DNA of 64,000 bases, from contig OZ024740.1 of NCBI GenBank assembly GCA_964016885.1, positions 435,860,001 to 435,924,000 of the forward strand, written 5' to 3'. The translations under genes and the position numbers were made by a program. The stretch comes from Eledone cirrhosa. Its lineage: Eukaryota. Each line of letters opens with the position of its first letter. Within the stretch, counting starts at the first letter, position 1. This document shows positions 61,501-64,000 of this stretch, one piece after another. The notes below the pieces were generated by a model that was not told the origin of the DNA, did not search any database, and saw nothing but the letters and a program-made list of their open reading frames with translations.

Positions 61501-64000
61501 CATTACCATATTTCTAATGAAAGATATTGCCTATGTCATTAACCCTTTCATTACCATATTTCTAGTAAAAGACACTGTCTATGTCATTAACCCTTTCATT
61601 ACCATATTTCTAATGAAAGACACTGTCTATGTCATTAACCCTTTCATTACTATATTTCTAGTAAAAGACACTGTCTATATCATTAACCCATTCATTACCA
61701 TATTTTTAATGAAAGACACTGTCTATGTCATAACCCTTTCATTACCGTATTTCTAGTAAAAGACACTGTCTATGTCATTAACCCTTTCATTACCATATTT
61801 CTAATGAAAGACACTGTCTATGTCTTTAACCCTTTCATTACTATATTTCTAGCAAAAGACACTGTCTATGTCATTAACCCTTTCATTACCATATTTCTAA
61901 TGAAAGACTCTGTCTATGTCATTTACCCTTTCATTACCATATTTCTAATGAAAGACCCTGTCTATGTCATTAACCCTTTCATTACCATATTTCTAATGAA
62001 AGACTCTGTCTATGTCATTAATCCTTTCATTACCATATTTCTAATAAAAGACACTGTCTATGTCATTAACCCTTTCATTACCATATTTCTAGTAAAAGAC
62101 ACTGTCTATGTCATTAACCCTTTCATTACCATATTTCTAGTAAAAGACACTGTCTATGTCATTAACCCTTTCATTACCATATTTCTAGTAAAAGACACTG
62201 TCTATGTCATTAAGCCTTTCATTACCATATTTCTAGTAAAAGACACTGTCTATGTCATTAACCCTTTCATTACCATATTTCTAGTAAAAGACACTGTCTA
62301 TGTCATTAACCCTTTCATTACAATATTTCTAGTAAAAGACACTGTCTATGTCATTAACCCTTTCATTACCAGATTTCTAGTAAAAGACACTGTCTATGTC
62401 ATTAACCCTTTCATTACCATATTTCTAATTAAAGACACTGTCTATGTCATTAACCCTTTCATTACCATATTTCTAGTAAAAGACACTGTCTATGTCATTA
62501 ACCCTTTCATTACCATATTTCTAGTAAAAGACACTGTCTATGTCATTAACCCTTTCATTACCATATTTCTAGTAAAAGACACTGTCTATGTCATTAACCC
62601 TTTCATTACCATATTTCTAATGAAATACACTGTCTATGTCATTAACCCTTTCATTAACATATTTCTAATGTAGACACTGTCTATATCATTAACCCTTTCA
62701 TTACCATATTTCTAATGAAAGACACTGTCTATGTCATTAATCCTTTCATTACCATATTTCTAGTAAAAGACACTGTCTATGTCATTAACCCTTTCATTAC
62801 CATATTTCTAATGAAAGACACTGTCTATGTCATTAACCCTTTCATAACCATATTTCTAGTAAAAGACACTGTCTATGTCATTAACCCTTTCATTACCATA
62901 TTTCTAATGTAGACACTGTCTATGTCATTAACCCTTTCATTACCATATTTCTAATGAAAGACACTGTCTATGTCATTAATCCTTTCATTACCATATTTCT
63001 AGTAAAAGACACTGTCTATGTAATTAACCCTTTCATTACTATATTTCTAGTAAAAGACACTGTCTATGTCATTAACCCTTTCATTACCATATTTCTAATG
63101 AAAGACACTGTCTATGTCATTAACCCTTTCATAACCATATTTCTAGTAAAAGACACTGTCTATGTCATTAACCCTTTCATTACCATATTTCTAATGTAGA
63201 CACTGTCTATGTCATTAACCCTTTCATTACCATATTTCTAATATAGACACTGTCTATGTCATTAACCCTTTCATTACCATATTTCTAATATAGACACTGT
63301 CTATGTCATTAACCCTTTCATTACCATATTTCTAATGAAAGACACTGTCTATGTCATTAATCCTTTCATTACCATATTTCTAATGAAAGACACTGTCTAT
63401 GTCATAACCCTTTCATTGCCGTATTTCTAGTAAAAGACACTGTCTATGTCATTAACCCTTTCATTACCATATTTCTAATGAAAGACACTGTCTATGTCAT
63501 TAACCCTTTCATTACCATATTTCTAATGAAAGATATTGCCTATGTCATTAACCCTTTCATTACCATATTTCTAATGAAAGACACTGTCTATGTCTTTAAC
63601 CCTTTCATTACTATATTTCTAGTAAAAGACACTGTCTATGTCATTAACCCTTTCATTACCATATTTTTAATGAAAGACACTGTCTATGTCATTAACCCTT
63701 TCATTACCATATTTCTAATGAAAGACACTGTCTATGTCATTAACCTTTTCATTACCATATTTCTAATGAAAGACACTGCCTATGACATTAACCCTTTCAT
63801 TACCATATTTCTAGTAAAATCCACTGTCTATGTCATTAACCCTTTCATTACCATATTTCTAATGAAAGACACTGTCTATGTCATTAACCCTTTCATTACC
63901 ATATTTCTAATGTAGACACTGTCTATGTCATTAACCCTTTCATTACCATATTTCTAATGAAAGACACTATCTATGTCATTCACCCTTTCATTACCATATT
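46533..64000. repeat. 48-bp tandem satellite TTAACCCTTTCATTACCATATTTCTA(ATG/GTA)AAAGACACTGTCTATGTCA with frequent 47-bp variant (...CTAATGTAGACACT...), ~365 copies, running off the right edge
   Basis: Continuous head-to-tail periodicity beginning at (CA)TTAACCCT 46533. Copy number is estimated from length. Confidence 0.99.

Noticed and set aside
47130-63915. Many ORFs encoding (M/V)KDTVYVINPFITIFL repeats, up to 367 aa
   Set aside because: They follow from a 48-bp unit that lacks a stop in one frame. They end wherever a 47-bp variant occurs, with no sign of frame preservation and no unique coding flanks.

Overview
This is eukaryotic, repeat-dominated DNA. The SINE and repeat types suggest a coleoid cephalopod such as octopus, but that is inferred from recalled sequences and not verified. 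Two giant tandem arrays, a 31-bp quasi-palindromic satellite (1-~39.8 kb) and a 48/47-bp satellite (46.5 kb to the window end), enclose a ~6.7-kb core. The core holds an LTR fragment with a tRNA-Trp primer-binding site, a 39-bp minisatellite, a tRNA-derived SINE, two decayed 5'-truncated L1/Tx1-type LINE copies inserted in the same (TATC)-type microsatellite, and one 80-bp spliced exon resembling EVI5. The window is therefore probably two satellite-filled introns. Main leads: (i) the LINE appears to target a microsatellite specifically; (ii) the 48-bp satellite looks like an amplified TTAA-CCCT (piggyBac-type) transposon end; (iii) the two big satellites share a 20/24-nt match in inverted orientation across the exon; (iv) satellite variants tend to perfect local palindromes. 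The long repetitive ORFs in the track are artefacts of repeat periodicity.
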